From Chrysomallon squamiferum (Eukaryota > Animalia > Mollusca): a DNA stretch of 64,000 bases. This document shows positions 41,070 to 53,943 of the stretch, piece after piece. A program made the translations under genes and the position numbers. The notes below the pieces were generated by a model. That model was not told the origin of the DNA. It saw only the letters and a list, made by a program, of their open reading frames with translations, and made no database searches. The stretch's first letter is position 1. Every line of letters starts with the position of its first letter. The stretch is taken from the NCBI GenBank assembly GCA_012295275.1, contig CM022670.1, forward strand, positions 25,482,001 to 25,546,000, read 5' to 3'.

Positions 41070-42920
41070 TAAAAGAGTATCTTAAATCTTGTAATGTACA
41101 CTGGCCACGACATCATCATGCAGATGGTTCCTCAGAGTCATGAGTATTTCAAATACTGAAGTAAATTTAAATAAAACTATTTATACAGGATATTTATATA
41201 CGTATGTGAGTGCATGTGCGTGTTCCTCTGCTTGTCTGAGTGTGTTTTATAATGTTTAAACGTATTATTATGGCTTTATAAAACTTTAAGGTTAAAAATT
41301 AAAAACATTTGTTTTTACATGATGGCAGGTGGCCAAGTTTCTCGTATGTTATTTATAGATTTTGTTTACTTTGATCTGGATTATGACCGGAAAAATGATT
41401 GTATTCAAGCTGGCAAACCGCAAGAAGGGTTCTTGTTCCTAAAACACGTCACTATCATTTCTCACTAACATATAAATGCTTATATGTAGTGTATGTAATG
41501 TATATATTTCTATAAATTAAAGGTAAACGTAAATTCTTCGCATAGTGGAATTATTTTATAATAAAGTATTGGTTTCAAATCGGTTTCAAATTTCTCCGCA
41601 TATTAAAAAAATAGCCTAGCAGTGAATCATCCGTCTACTTAGATTTTAAAAACTGTTTTATTGGTAAAGAAAAAAGAGTGTTAACGTAACAAACTGTATG
41701 CATTATATATTATAATCATGGCGTTCTCTTTGGTGTCGTGTTGTTGATGCACAACCACAGGACACAAAAGTGAACGCCTACTTACGTATATAAATCTAGA
41801 AGAAAAAGAAAAAGTTCATTGAATTGTAGCGAGCTTGCAAGGAAGTTTCTAACCAGGCGATGTAACAATCACCGATTTTTTAATTTTTTTTAATCATTTG
41901 CTTACGCAAGATATTGCACGTAATTTCAAACAAATGCAACATTCTATAAAACAAATCGAATTATTTCAAGTTTTGCGACGTCTTTTATTATGAGAAGTGA
42001 TTACTAATCGCATGAAAACTAAAATTATCTTTCTTACTTTGTAATCAAATTTCTTTCACGAGCAAGTAAATTTCCTTACGTTTTTGTTAATTTTCGTCTT
42101 TCGCTCTCTCTAGTTTCTTTCAAACTAAAGATTAAGGAAAAACTGTTGTATAAAACTAGGCTTTTAAGATTTTGTTGTTTTCAGTATGATACAATCTCAG
42201 GCAACAAGTCGATGTATATATGTCAAGAATGCCCGTAAAGATTAACTTGTATATTATGTACATTCTGTGATGTCGATTATTTTACTTATAAAATAAATAA
42301 ATAAATAAACAAAGTAATTAAGTATAAAAATAATAATTATAATAAACGGTATCTGTAACAATGAATAATAATTATAATAAAAGGGTATCTGTAACAGTGA
42401 CACTATTCATAATAAAATATCATTAGTTATATAATTATGAAAAGAAAAAAGGTTTATAAAATAAATCATTTTAGAACTCTATATTATCGTATTGTTTAAA
42501 ATGAATATCTTAAAACTTGTAATGTACACTGGCCAGAACATCATCGTGCAGATGGTTCCTCAGAGTCATCACTATTTCAAATACTGAAGAAAATTTAAAT
42601 AAAACTGTTTATTTACACAATATATTTATATATGTATGTGAGTGCATGTGCGTGTGCATGTGTGTTTCTGAGTGTGTGTGATAATATTTAAACGTATTAT
42701 TATGGCTTTATAAAACTTTAAGGTAGAGAATTAAAAACATTTATTGTTAAATGATGGCAGGTGGCCAAGTATCTCGTATGTTATTTAAAGATTTTGCTTA
42801 CATTGATCTGGAGTATGACCGGAATAATGATTGTATTCAACCTGGCAAACCGCAAGAATGATTCTTGTTCTTAAAACACGTCACTGTCATTTCTCACTAA
42901 TACATAAATGCTCATTTGTA
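41070..42920. repeat. Two diverged direct copies of a block of about 420 bp (41070-41490 and 42490-42920)
   Basis: Both run from TGTTTAAAA..TATCTTAAA..TTGTAATGTACACTGGCC to CATTTCTCACTAA..CATAAATGCT. The block also occurs at about 790, 17270, 56455, 57890, 62455 and 63890. Confidence 0.85.
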
Positions 42921-43641
42921 GGCCAAGCTACATCTTCATAACGCAGTGGACTGTATTCTCACTCGTAGAGTTAATTGTATAATAATTAATGTTACTTGTT
43001 TGATGGTTAATATGTCCTGACAGCTGACACAAAAGTGGAATATTCTGAATATTACAACGGTCAGTACATCACAACAAAAATTCACACGAAAGCAAAATAG
43101 TAGAGTAACGCCTTCAACACACGACACATACACAGGCTGAGGATCCCATGTCCAAAATCCAAACATCAGAAAAGCTCCGAAATCCGGGATAAGATAATGT
43201 ATATTTTCTATGGATACGTGCACTTTTTCCCCCTATTTTGTATGTATAGAGTGTATATGTATGCAAGTACCTACGTAAACACGTATGTATGTATGTATGT
43301 ATTTGCGAGGCTTTTCTGTATTTATACACACGTGTGTATTTAAGCACTAACATGATAAGATCTTAGTCAAACTCCTTCTTTATTTTTTGCACAATAAATT
43401 TAATTACAGATTAATATTTTGTATGAAATAACTACTGATAAACTAAAATAGACGCATGAACAAAGTGTTCGACCTTCAGGTTGAAGAAGGGTGCGAAAAT
43501 CACACTGATATTTTATACAATGTGGATATTAATTCAGTACTTATTTGTCCTTTCATTACGCTGAACGATGACGAGGTCATTCTGCCTTCGTTAGACCTAA
43601 ACGCTTCCACTCTCACACTCTGTGTGCGTATATATGTATCA

Positions 43642-43693
<52 letters not shown>

Positions 43694-44208
43694 TACTACA
43701 GGAAAATCAGTTATTCTAAAGATTACATCTTGAATGGAATGACTTTCACGCGCGGGGCTGTGCTGCATTTATTTATTTACTTATTTTTTAAAATTATTTA
43801 TTTCTTTATTTATTTTAAAAATACATTTTTAAAATAACTAGGATATTGAGGACGTCCATGGGAGTGTAAAATGACACGTGTATTTCCACACACGATGAAT
43901 CTGATTAATCTATGAAATATGTGAATAAACGGGAAGTTTAGAAACACACATTTGTCACTCAAGTAACCTATCCACTGTAAAATTTTATTGTAATTTTATT
44001 TAAAGATCTTTTCACCTGTTCGGAAATCTCATTTTATAAATGCATCATATACATAAAGCACATCTCAGAAACCACATCCCATGTACAAAAAAATCGACTG
44101 CGCCTTTTTTGAATAATAAATTATTATTCTTGGGGAAAAAATAAATAATATTTAAAAAATAACACTAATAACAACAACGATAACAGCAACAACAACAGCA
44201 GCAGCAGC

Positions 44209-44308
<100 letters not shown>

Positions 44309-44399
44309 CAACTTCCTAAATCACAGCAACACAACAATAATAATTATAGGATAATAAAATATTTATCTGATTAGAAATCTAAAATAAAATTAAGGTAAA

Positions 44400-44648
44400 T
44401 TTTCGAAAGAAAGGTCCTAGTCCCATTGTAAGAGGAGTGAACAAATGGCACGTGGAGGAAAACAAATTTCGGGATTATGCGCATTATCCTACCAACTACT
44501 GTAATGGCTACCTTGTATTGATAGCACGTGACATCATACGGCCATTGCATCGAACATCATAATTTACTCCCTTCTTCTGGGTTGACGATGTTTACCTGTA
44601 CGGGTTACTTCCAGATAAAATGCTTATGTTCACTATGAAGATATCTGT
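44400..44648 (+). pseudogene. GT31 type B C-terminal remnant (copy 5)
   Basis: FRKKGPSPIVRGVNKWHVEENKFRDYAHYPTNYCNGYLVLIARDII...S*FTPFFWVDDVYLYGLLPDK. Confidence 0.85.
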
Positions 44649-45660
44649 TTGTTTTTTGTTAATTCTAAATACTCTTTGATACTGAAGATGAGAGGAACTA
44701 TGATAATTATACTGTAACTCTTACTATACGGCGGCAATAAATATATATAGAGACTTCATTTGTTTTGCTCTTCAACAATGAGATAAAAAATATTGATAAT
44801 AAATTGTTGGGCTATTCAAGGTTTATAGAATCTGAGAAAACATATGTAATAGTGACAATAAAGAAATCATGTTTTGATTATGTTTTATATTATGGTTGAA
44901 GTATTTTTGTAAACAGTTATTGCGATTAAAATTATGTTACAGAGATAACAGACGTTTTCTTTTATAGGCCTCTTAATGTGTCGATAAAAGTCACTCTAAC
45001 TTGCACAGCTGCCATAATGTTAAATGTGAAATAGTTTTCCATTTTGATATAAAACTTTACATAGATTAAACCGGGAAAAGAACCAATGCACCAGCGCCTG
45101 CTCAGTATAAGTGAAAGATACATTTACTACCCAAACAGTAAATTGGTAGATCATGATACGAGTAAATAAACAAAAAGCAAAAAACGCACAGATACTTACT
45201 CATGAATTGGAAGCAAATTACAAATTCTACCCAGGACAGTAATCACGTAACTTTCTATACCGTTGAAACAAACATGGTTCATACCACAGAGCAGAACATG
45301 CAAACCAATTAGATCTGTGTACTACAGGGCTCTCATCTGGTTGTTAACAAACAAATTAATTATGTCTACGTCCCGGGACTTTTATAATTCTACGTCCCGG
45401 TAAAAAAATTAAAATAGATTTGTCAACACCGCAAAATACCTGTTGTGGCTGTTTTCAAAGGATTCAGAGTAAGTGTGAACAGATTAATATTTTGCATTTC
45501 ATTCATATTTCGTTTAAGAAAACACAACCGCCAGCAACAAAAGCATTAATAATAAAAATATTTAAAAAGAGAAAGGTAATCCCACGCCCTTGTAAATCTG
45601 CAGGATGTTATCAGAAACATAATATTTTTGACAAACAGATACAATAAATACATTCACAGT

Positions 45661-45744
<84 letters not shown>

Positions 45745-45914
45745 CATATAAATACTTATTTTAACCACACATTTATATTAACAATTATTAAATGTCATAT
45801 TTTCTCTGAAATATAATAATAACAAAATGATTTAATTTTAATTTTTTAATTTAATTGTTTTTAATAATTAGAGTATTATTATCAAAAATATTATGTACAG
45901 TCTGTTATGTACTC

Positions 45915-45945
45915 CTATTTCTTTCCCACTGTGGAAGTAACATTT
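45915..45945 (-). pseudogene. Scar of a deleted type C gene (last about 7 codons only)
   Basis: TTTCCCACTGTGGAAGTAACATT (NVTSTVG) follows the usual type C 3' flank and joins directly to far-upstream sequence (TATAAACATATGTTTACCTTG, cf. 26852). The same scar is at about 61755-61785. Confidence 0.75.
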
Positions 45946-47309
45946 TTCATTATAAACATATGTTTACCTTGTATATAACAACGTTCTGTATCTTTGTTAA
46001 CATAAAACGTATATATTAATTGTTTATGATATTATATTTGTTATTTAGTCACAGATATGTACTGAAATTATGTGTTGAAAAAATCATTAGTGCACAAAAT
46101 TCCATTTTTAAAGTTCGATTAAACAGCAGAAATAAACCGTTCAAATATGTGTTATTTTCATAGAGCAAATGAAGTTTCGCAATGTGTATATAAAATACAC
46201 AGCTCAGTACAAGCACATTATGATGCAATTTGATATTTCTTTTGTGTTGCTCGAAAATATATATATTTGTTAAATCAACCAAGAAAAGAAATTCAATATA
46301 TTAACCTTAATTAGTGATTATTCATCAATGAGAGAGCTTGAGTTAAAAGAAGATAAGTTAATGTACATGTTTTTACATTGCATGTAGTAAATTCGCGAAG
46401 CTAGAAAAATGATATCTACTCAGAATCTATTCCTTTTCTGTTCTCATATCACACAAAAATTAGTATCTCCATCGTAGGTATTTTATAATAGGAAGAGCTG
46501 TTCTACTCGGCATCACTACCCTACCTGTTCAACAGTCGAAGCCATATCCACACTTACTTACCATCTGCAAAGGGACGAATTACATACTAACTACCAGAGT
46601 TATAATGAAATACTGTCTGAAGCCGTAGTAAAGAAAGTATTTGAAACCCTCTCGTCCTTATCAGTTTATATGCTCTGAACGGTTGCCTTGTAGAAACTTG
46701 TATTGTTATTTTGGACAGTGCACAGACATATTACGTATTTTCTAGTTCAGAATAATGCATTAAATTTGAAGATAACAGTGGCAAGAAATAAATATTATAA
46801 TTATTATGCCGTAATGTTGTTGGTTTTGAAATATCATATAACCCTCTCGTCCTTATCACTTTAAATGTTGGGAACAATTGCCTTGTAAGATCTTGATTTC
46901 TTATTTTGAACAGTCGCAGACATATTACCTATCTTCCATTTCAGAATAATACATTAAATTTAAAGATAACAGTGGCAAGAAAAAGATATAATAATCATTA
47001 TGCCGGTATGTTGTTTGTTTTGTAATACCATATATATCTTAATAATATTTTAAAATACATAAATATTCAGAAGTGGTAGTATTATACATTTAAACTCTTT
47101 CAAAGTACTCTGAATTGATACCAGTAGTGATTAATCAATTTGAAAATACCAGCTGTCCAATTTATTTGTATGTAAAGTATCTTGAGTATCTATTATTTGA
47201 GGCACGAATAGAGAAAACAGTGTATAAAAGGTAATCAGCCAACGAGAGTTAGGTGATCTAGTTTTGTTAATTTCATATGATACATTATATTTTAGCCCTT
47301 CATGATGTC

Positions 47310-47760
47310 ATGAAGGTTTAAGCTCACTATGCCCGCCGTGTGTGGCGATTAGAAAAGAATTTAGTGATACGGCTGAAGGTTTTAATCGCTATAGTCAGTT
47401 TCATTAAAGTGAACAATTACTCAGAATCCAAGCCGATCTAGAAGATCCACTAGTTTTAAGGTTTGCGGAGTATGTCACCGAACAGTGGATTAAATCTCCC
47501 GGTAGAAAAGTCTGGAACCATTTCAAAGCAAATGGTGCCAGTACTACGAATCACACTGAGTCATCCCACCATTTTTAAATTCATAGATGTAATTAAGAGA
47601 GAACAGGCCTTTGTTTAAGCTACAATTCTACAGTTAAAATATGGTAGGAATGTTGGCAACTTGACTTTGAAATACGCCAACAGCAAATTCTCCTCTAGAC
47701 AGGACAGAAAACTGTAATAGAATATGCTGATTCCGTCTCCCGTATTTTTGCACTGGGAGA
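47310..47760 (+). mobile_element. MULE/Mutator-like transposase relic (same family as 13630-13975, opposite strand)
   Basis: 47408-47577 reads SEQLLRIQADLEDPLVLRFAEYVTEQWIKSPGRKVWNHFKANGASTTNHTESSHHF*, followed by KREQAFV*ATILQLK. Confidence 0.7.
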
Positions 47761-49101
47761 TAAACTATATTGCAATCCTGTATCGTTTCATTGTTTACTG
47801 AACTTGTCTGCTTCAGTAATATACAACAATAGGAGCGGACACAGTGAAGTGATCCCATGATGAAGACCCTGCTGATTTCTCATGCAATCTGACTTGCTAC
47901 ATGTTTTATTTGTGCTTTAGAGCTTTATATATCACGGAAAATTATTTAGTACTACATATACATTATGTCAGAAGCAGTGATAAACCAACATCATCTTCAA
48001 ATACTTTGAATACGTCTGTACATACATCAATACACACATATATTTATATACACGCACACACACACACAGATGCATGAATACATACATACAGACATCCATA
48101 CATACATACACACATGCATACATGCGTTAACACTCATTGTAACGTTGAATATAACCAAAGGCCTAAGGCCTATCTTCATTTTGCATTATATTGAAAATAA
48201 ATTAACTAATTTCAGTTCAGTGTGAAACATCAATTATAGACTGTTGTATCCCATTCAACAATTTTAAATGACTGTGAAAATTTCATTAACCGTCTGTTGA
48301 TATTTTCAAAGGAGATCGATAAGAAGAAATAGATAATATCTACCGTATTTTTTCTTTTCTTTTTGAAGAACAACGTGTCTTATATCCTTTATTAACTTTG
48401 AGCATTTCGGCCTAAAAATATACCTTTCACAAATAATAGGAAAATAAATTAAAAAAGATAAAATATATTTGACAAATACGGTTTAAATAATTGTTCTGCA
48501 TCCCGTCCTTAGAGACGTATCTTTTATTTACAGATATAGGAATCTATCAACAGTAAATTATAAGACTAATAAAGCATACATAATGTTACTACTGTAGAGC
48601 TCTAGCGAACATTACATAAACAATTATTATTTAATACATTTATATTATAATAAAATTCCATGATCTGTATCGGTATCAGTATTGAACGTTTTATCTCGAT
48701 ACTGCAATGAAATGTCTGTACAAGAGTTATCATTATGTGCCGAGTCCCGACTCTCACAGTAACTCAAACAAAATTGTATTTTAAACCCTATTCCATCGCA
48801 AAAAGAAAATACTGAGATCTCACTGTATAGTTAATAACTGGAAAACAAATATTCACTGATCTAGCGTATAATTAGCGTAACATTCAAAATATATATGCTA
48901 CAGTCAATATATCAAATTAGTCATTTGGCCTAATGCCTGAAGTGTTTAGGCATTCAGCCTCACGCCCAAGACCGTCAGATTTTCCAGGAATTTGGCCAAA
49001 CGACTGAAATAGACCTTTAGTCATTACCACAATGACCGAATGAAAAAGAATGACTTACAATTGCATGAAAACATTTATTTCGAAACACATCAAGTAGTGT
49101 T

Positions 49102-49500
49102 TTATTTATTACAGCAGTTCAAACTTGAGTGATATCTTGAACTACACAAACGATTGTTCTTGAAACATTTACATGGTTTTTTGAGACCTCTTTGTCCTCC
49201 CACAGTTGCATTCACAAACCCTTGGCCTCTTGCGGACGACGCCTATGACACTGTGCATTCTCTGTTCACATCATCCAACAATAGTAGTCTCTGGGGACAC
49301 ATATCAAACTGGTTACTGGAATTTGCCTTTCAGAATTCTGGACTGGCATGCTATGGTATATAGTATCCATTGTCATCAACATCTACAATCACTCCCAGCA
49401 GGTTCCTGAGATCACCACGCTCTCTGTTCACTGCTGGATCAAGCACTGCCATATTGTCTCATTCTTCTCCGGTCATCACAACACCACTGCGTTTAATAAT
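49102..49500 (-). mobile_element. Integrase-type transposase C-terminal relic (KRBA2/SCAND3-like, Ginger-related)
   Basis: Frameshifted RGDLRNLLGVIVDVDDNGYY..ACQSRILKGKF..NQFDMCPQRLL and terminal CECNC...KPCKCFKNNRLCSSRYHSSLNCCNK*. Confidence 0.6.
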
Positions 49501-49559
49501 CCGCTCGGCTTGCTGAATGTTTGCAAAAGACTTCATGAGGTAGTGAAGATGATGTCAGT

Positions 49560-50457
49560 TAACAAATAGCTGCATCCTAAAGAGAGCTGAATACGGTGAT
49601 TGCTTGATGCCATCACTACAGCTTGAGTTCTTCCTGAATTGAATAAACTGACGAAGGTGTCTTCAAAATGGTCTGAATGAAGTTCCTCAGGTAGTTCGCC
49701 TTGCAGAAGCTCAAATGATTTAGTAACATCAGAAAGTGGCACAAATGCTAAATCTGATAGCATCCGCAATTGAGACAGAAACGGCAGCATCTGTTGCGTA
49801 GTACTGGCACACGACGATACACACAGTGATAGATGCAACCCTATAGTTCACTATCTGTAAATGTGGCTATGTCGATAAACAAACAAAACCAAGAATAATT
49901 TATTGTTTTCACTGTTCCCAAATTTAAGAAATGTTTGGCCCCTTCAAAAACCTTATTAATGACCCAAATATTGAACCTTTTTATATTGTCTGCTGCCTTA
50001 TTATTTACAGTTCACGCTGACGTCATATGTTGGTAAGGCAAAGAGTATTGCTATTTACACAACACATTCGCATCATGAAGATTTAAGACATATAAAATGT
50101 GTCAAAATGTTAGGGTAAAAGTTTTAAAAAATCAATAAATATTTACCTGCATACATATCTTGTAGGCCGTTAGCAAGGATTTGTTGTGGCTCCTTCCATT
50201 GTCTCTACATCCTTGCGTTTTATAGAAAACCTAACGTGTAACACTTCAGTTCTACCCACAACTGGTGCATGAATATGTTCACTGGCATTAGCAATGATTT
50301 CTCCATTTAAAACTTTAACTTTAGCTTTCATTGTTCACTGTTATGATTGCCTTTTTGCATAATTCACACTCATAAGACACTACACCCTTTACTTAACATA
50401 GACATATCCATCATGAATCAACATGTTTTTACCTCGAGTAGAAGTAACCGTATCCAT
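49560..50457 (-). mobile_element. FLYWCH-MULE transposase relic
   Basis: MDTVTSTRGKNMLIHDGYVYVK...C..C...EHIHAP (FLYWCH-like), a GCAG|GTAAAT donor near 50147, and RMLSDLAFVPLSDVTKSFELL...HFEDTFV (MULE C-terminal signature). Confidence 0.65.
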
Positions 50458-51784
50458 GATGGATGATAACATTTGCAAGTGCACCAGTGCAATTAAATTC
50501 TGGATTTTGATCTTTCTTTTGATGTTCTTTTTTGCTGGATATGATTTGTTTGAGGATGAGGCCAGTTCTAAATCTGTTAGCAAAATTTTGACTAATTTTT
50601 TAATTTATTTTTTTTACTTTAGATAACAATTACTGAAGTTGAGCAGTTAACAGTATTGGTTTAGGTTTTTTATTCACTTAACTGGAGATTAAAGAGAACC
50701 ATACTCAGGCCATAAGATATTTGACATTTTAAAACAGGTAGGAAAGGGGTATTGTCATGCAAGAAAAACAACAGGGACGAAATGACCGGGGGAAATATCC
50801 GGGGAGGGGGCGGGAAATGCCGTGACATTGTATTTTACATTATGGAAAAATAATTGGGTGACTTTTGTTAGGAAAGCTTTATATGAAACGGGATTGTGAT
50901 ACATATGGATAGAGAATAATACGTGCATAATTAAGTAAATAATATATGAACAAGCAAAGGAGAATCTTCCAGTTCAGCTAAATACATCTGAGAAATGTGA
51001 TAATTTATATAAATACATTACAGATGGTGTAACAATTCAGTTTTATTTAGTTAAATCTATAACAATGATTTATAAAATTGAGACTGGGATATGTAGGGAA
51101 AATGAGAGAGGAGAAATAATATATATATTAGATAACACTGGTGAGACTGAAGATGAGACTGAAAATAAAAAATCACTGAGCAATGCAGAAATGGATATAA
51201 TTTATGAGCTATATTATTTAGATATAATTTATGTGCTATATTATTTATATTCTCCAAAGTTTTTCTTTTTTATCACTATTTGTACGTCTTTCATTTTTTT
51301 TTTTTTCAATTCTATATCAGTAAGCTGTAAAGCTTACAACAATAAGAATTGAACTGAACCACTAATTCTTACAATGAACAGATGTAAGCAAAGCATTAAA
51401 GCCATTTGACTGAATTGCTATCAGGCAGAATGTCAAACAACACCAACCAAAATCCAGACATTTGGCCTAATTCCTGGAAATGCTCAATGCTTGTTTTTGT
51501 TTTTGTTTTTGTTGTTATTGTTGTTGTTTTCCAATTTTCACACCACAAGGGTTCTATTTTAATATTTGAGAACACATGTAGTAGCGTGATGAATATTTTG
51601 TAACTGAGATCTCGATACAGTAAGATAGGTATTAATAATTAAATACCTATATTTCACAATAGTTACTATTAAAATAAAAATCCTTCTCTTCAGCTCCGAT
51701 ATACATATTCTAATCCGCAGTAATGATCCTTGCCTGTGTACGTAATTTATTCTTTACTGTCCCACATTTGGAGTAACATATGAA

Positions 51785-52030
51785 AAGGAAGGAAATGGTG
51801 TGTTATTTAATGACGCACTTAACATGTGTAATCAGCAATTCTATAATGTGATATATGAAGTAAACAACTATACTTATAATAATAAGAAAGATACTCTTTT
51901 TCAAAGGATTTTTTAAAATTATTTTATTTTATTTTTTCTACTTTTGTGGTGTATATTCATTCCCATAGATAGAAACATACCATGGCATTTGGTATACAAG
52001 TGTTGTGGAACACAGGGTGGAACGGGGTAC
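51785..52030 (-). mobile_element. Degenerate SINE-like repeat
   Basis: AAGGAAGGAAATG..TTATTTAATGACGCACT...TCCCATAGATAG..CATACCATGGCATTTG..ACAAG..GTGGAACAC.GG.TGGAACG resembles an abundant gastropod SINE as I recall it. Partial copy at about 36295-36385. Confidence 0.45.
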
Positions 52031-52985
52031 AAAGTAACGCGAAATGTTAAGACAGTTATTACTGGTTTGTGAAAAATCTGATCCAGTTAATGAAAAGCAT
52101 ATTAAAGTTACTTTTATCTTATTTCCAGTAGCTATACAGTAACTAAAATAGTGTATGTTATTGAATTTAATATTCTGTAATTTTTGTTTTCCTTCGTTTT
52201 CTTAGTGATTAAATAAACAGGTATAACATCATTTTATAATATTATTATTTATGGTAGTAATATTATCCTGTCGTATGTATATTTACGAGTTACTGCCGTT
52301 CTTAATTTTATATATATATAGAAAAGAGATGTAATAAATAATAATATGCAATATGTAATACATTACATACGAATAGCTTTTTGCGTTATTATGACTAATA
52401 TACTGAAGTCTACTGAAATAATTTAACTGTTATATTTCATTTGATATTTATATCATTAAATCACGTATAAACCTTTATATTTGTTTTATTGTTTTGTTTT
52501 CTTTATATTTATTTTTAGCAGACAATGTTGAAACGTCTAATCGCTTCAAATCGACATATAACTTAAAAGTTCAATGTTAAAAAAAAGTGTTCTTATATGT
52601 ATTCTGAGTAAAAGGGGAAAATAAAGAGAGAACAATACTGAATTTAATTTATTTAAATTTATTTAGTGCGAATCTTTTATTTATTTATTTATTCTGAAGT
52701 TATTTATCACTTTATTTTTATGACCATGATATTCAGGACGTCCATGGAATGTAAAATGACACGTGTATTTCCACACACGATGTCTCTGATTAATCTATGA
52801 AATATGTGAATACACGGGAAGTTTAGAAACACACGTTCCTCACTCAAGTAACTTATCCACTGTAGAATTTTATTGTAATTTTATTTAAAGATCTTTTCAC
52901 CTTTCGGAAATCTCATTTTATAAATACAGCATATACACAAAGCACTGGAGATACGTAACGATATCTGCGGATTGTACATTAAAAC

Positions 52986-53185
52986 NNNNNNNNNNNNNNN
53001 NNNNNNNNNNNNNNNNNNNNNNNNNNNNNNNNNNNNNNNNNNNNNNNNNNNNNNNNNNNNNNNNNNNNNNNNNNNNNNNNNNNNNNNNNNNNNNNNNNNN
53101 NNNNNNNNNNNNNNNNNNNNNNNNNNNNNNNNNNNNNNNNNNNNNNNNNNNNNNNNNNNNNNNNNNNNNNNNNNNNNNNNNNNNN
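52986..53185. other. Assembly gap (200 N)
   Basis: Run of N with a round length, typical of a scaffolding placeholder. Confidence 0.99.
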
Positions 53186-53943
53186 AATATAATTGATTTT
53201 TCTCTTGTTCTTATTTAGTTTTATTATTATTATTATTATTATTTTTTTTTTGTATTATTATTTATTATTTATTTATATATTTAGTTGTTTTTATTGATTG
53301 TTTAAAAAAAGTATCTTAAATCTTGTAATGAACACTGGCCACGACATCATCATCAGCAATGAGATAATAAATTGTTAAGCTATTCAATATTAATAAAATC
53401 TGAGAAAACAGATGCTATAACGACAATAAAGAAATCATATCATAAATGTTATAGAGATGAGAGACGTTTTCTTTTATCTTACATATATATATATGTAATG
53501 TTATTCTATAGAGAAAACAAATTAGTATGGAAAACATTTTTACTGTTATTGTATTCTGTTTATGACATTTTAGAAAATATAGGACAAATACTCACAATTC
53601 ATCTTTGAGAGAGAGATTTGTTTTTCAATTTTTTAAGCTCTAAAAGCAAATAAAGAAGTACTAAATGAAAAAGTCTTAATCTCTATCTTCCTTCTTAGAA
53701 TGAAAAAAATGATTTGTCTGACATAGACTGTTTTTTTGTTTTTGTTAAATACCCTTTCTAGCTGTTTTCAGAGGATTGAAACAGAATAAGTGTAGACAGA
53801 TTGCATTTTATTCAAATTTCGTTTAAAAAACACACACCACTATGAATATGAATATATTTCTTACACTAAGAGTATTATTATCAAAAATATTATGTACAGT
53901 CTATTATGTATTCGTATAAAAACGAAAAGAAGATAATGTTCTA

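Noticed and set aside
52972-53196. ORF spanning Ns
   Set aside because: Artefact of the assembly gap.
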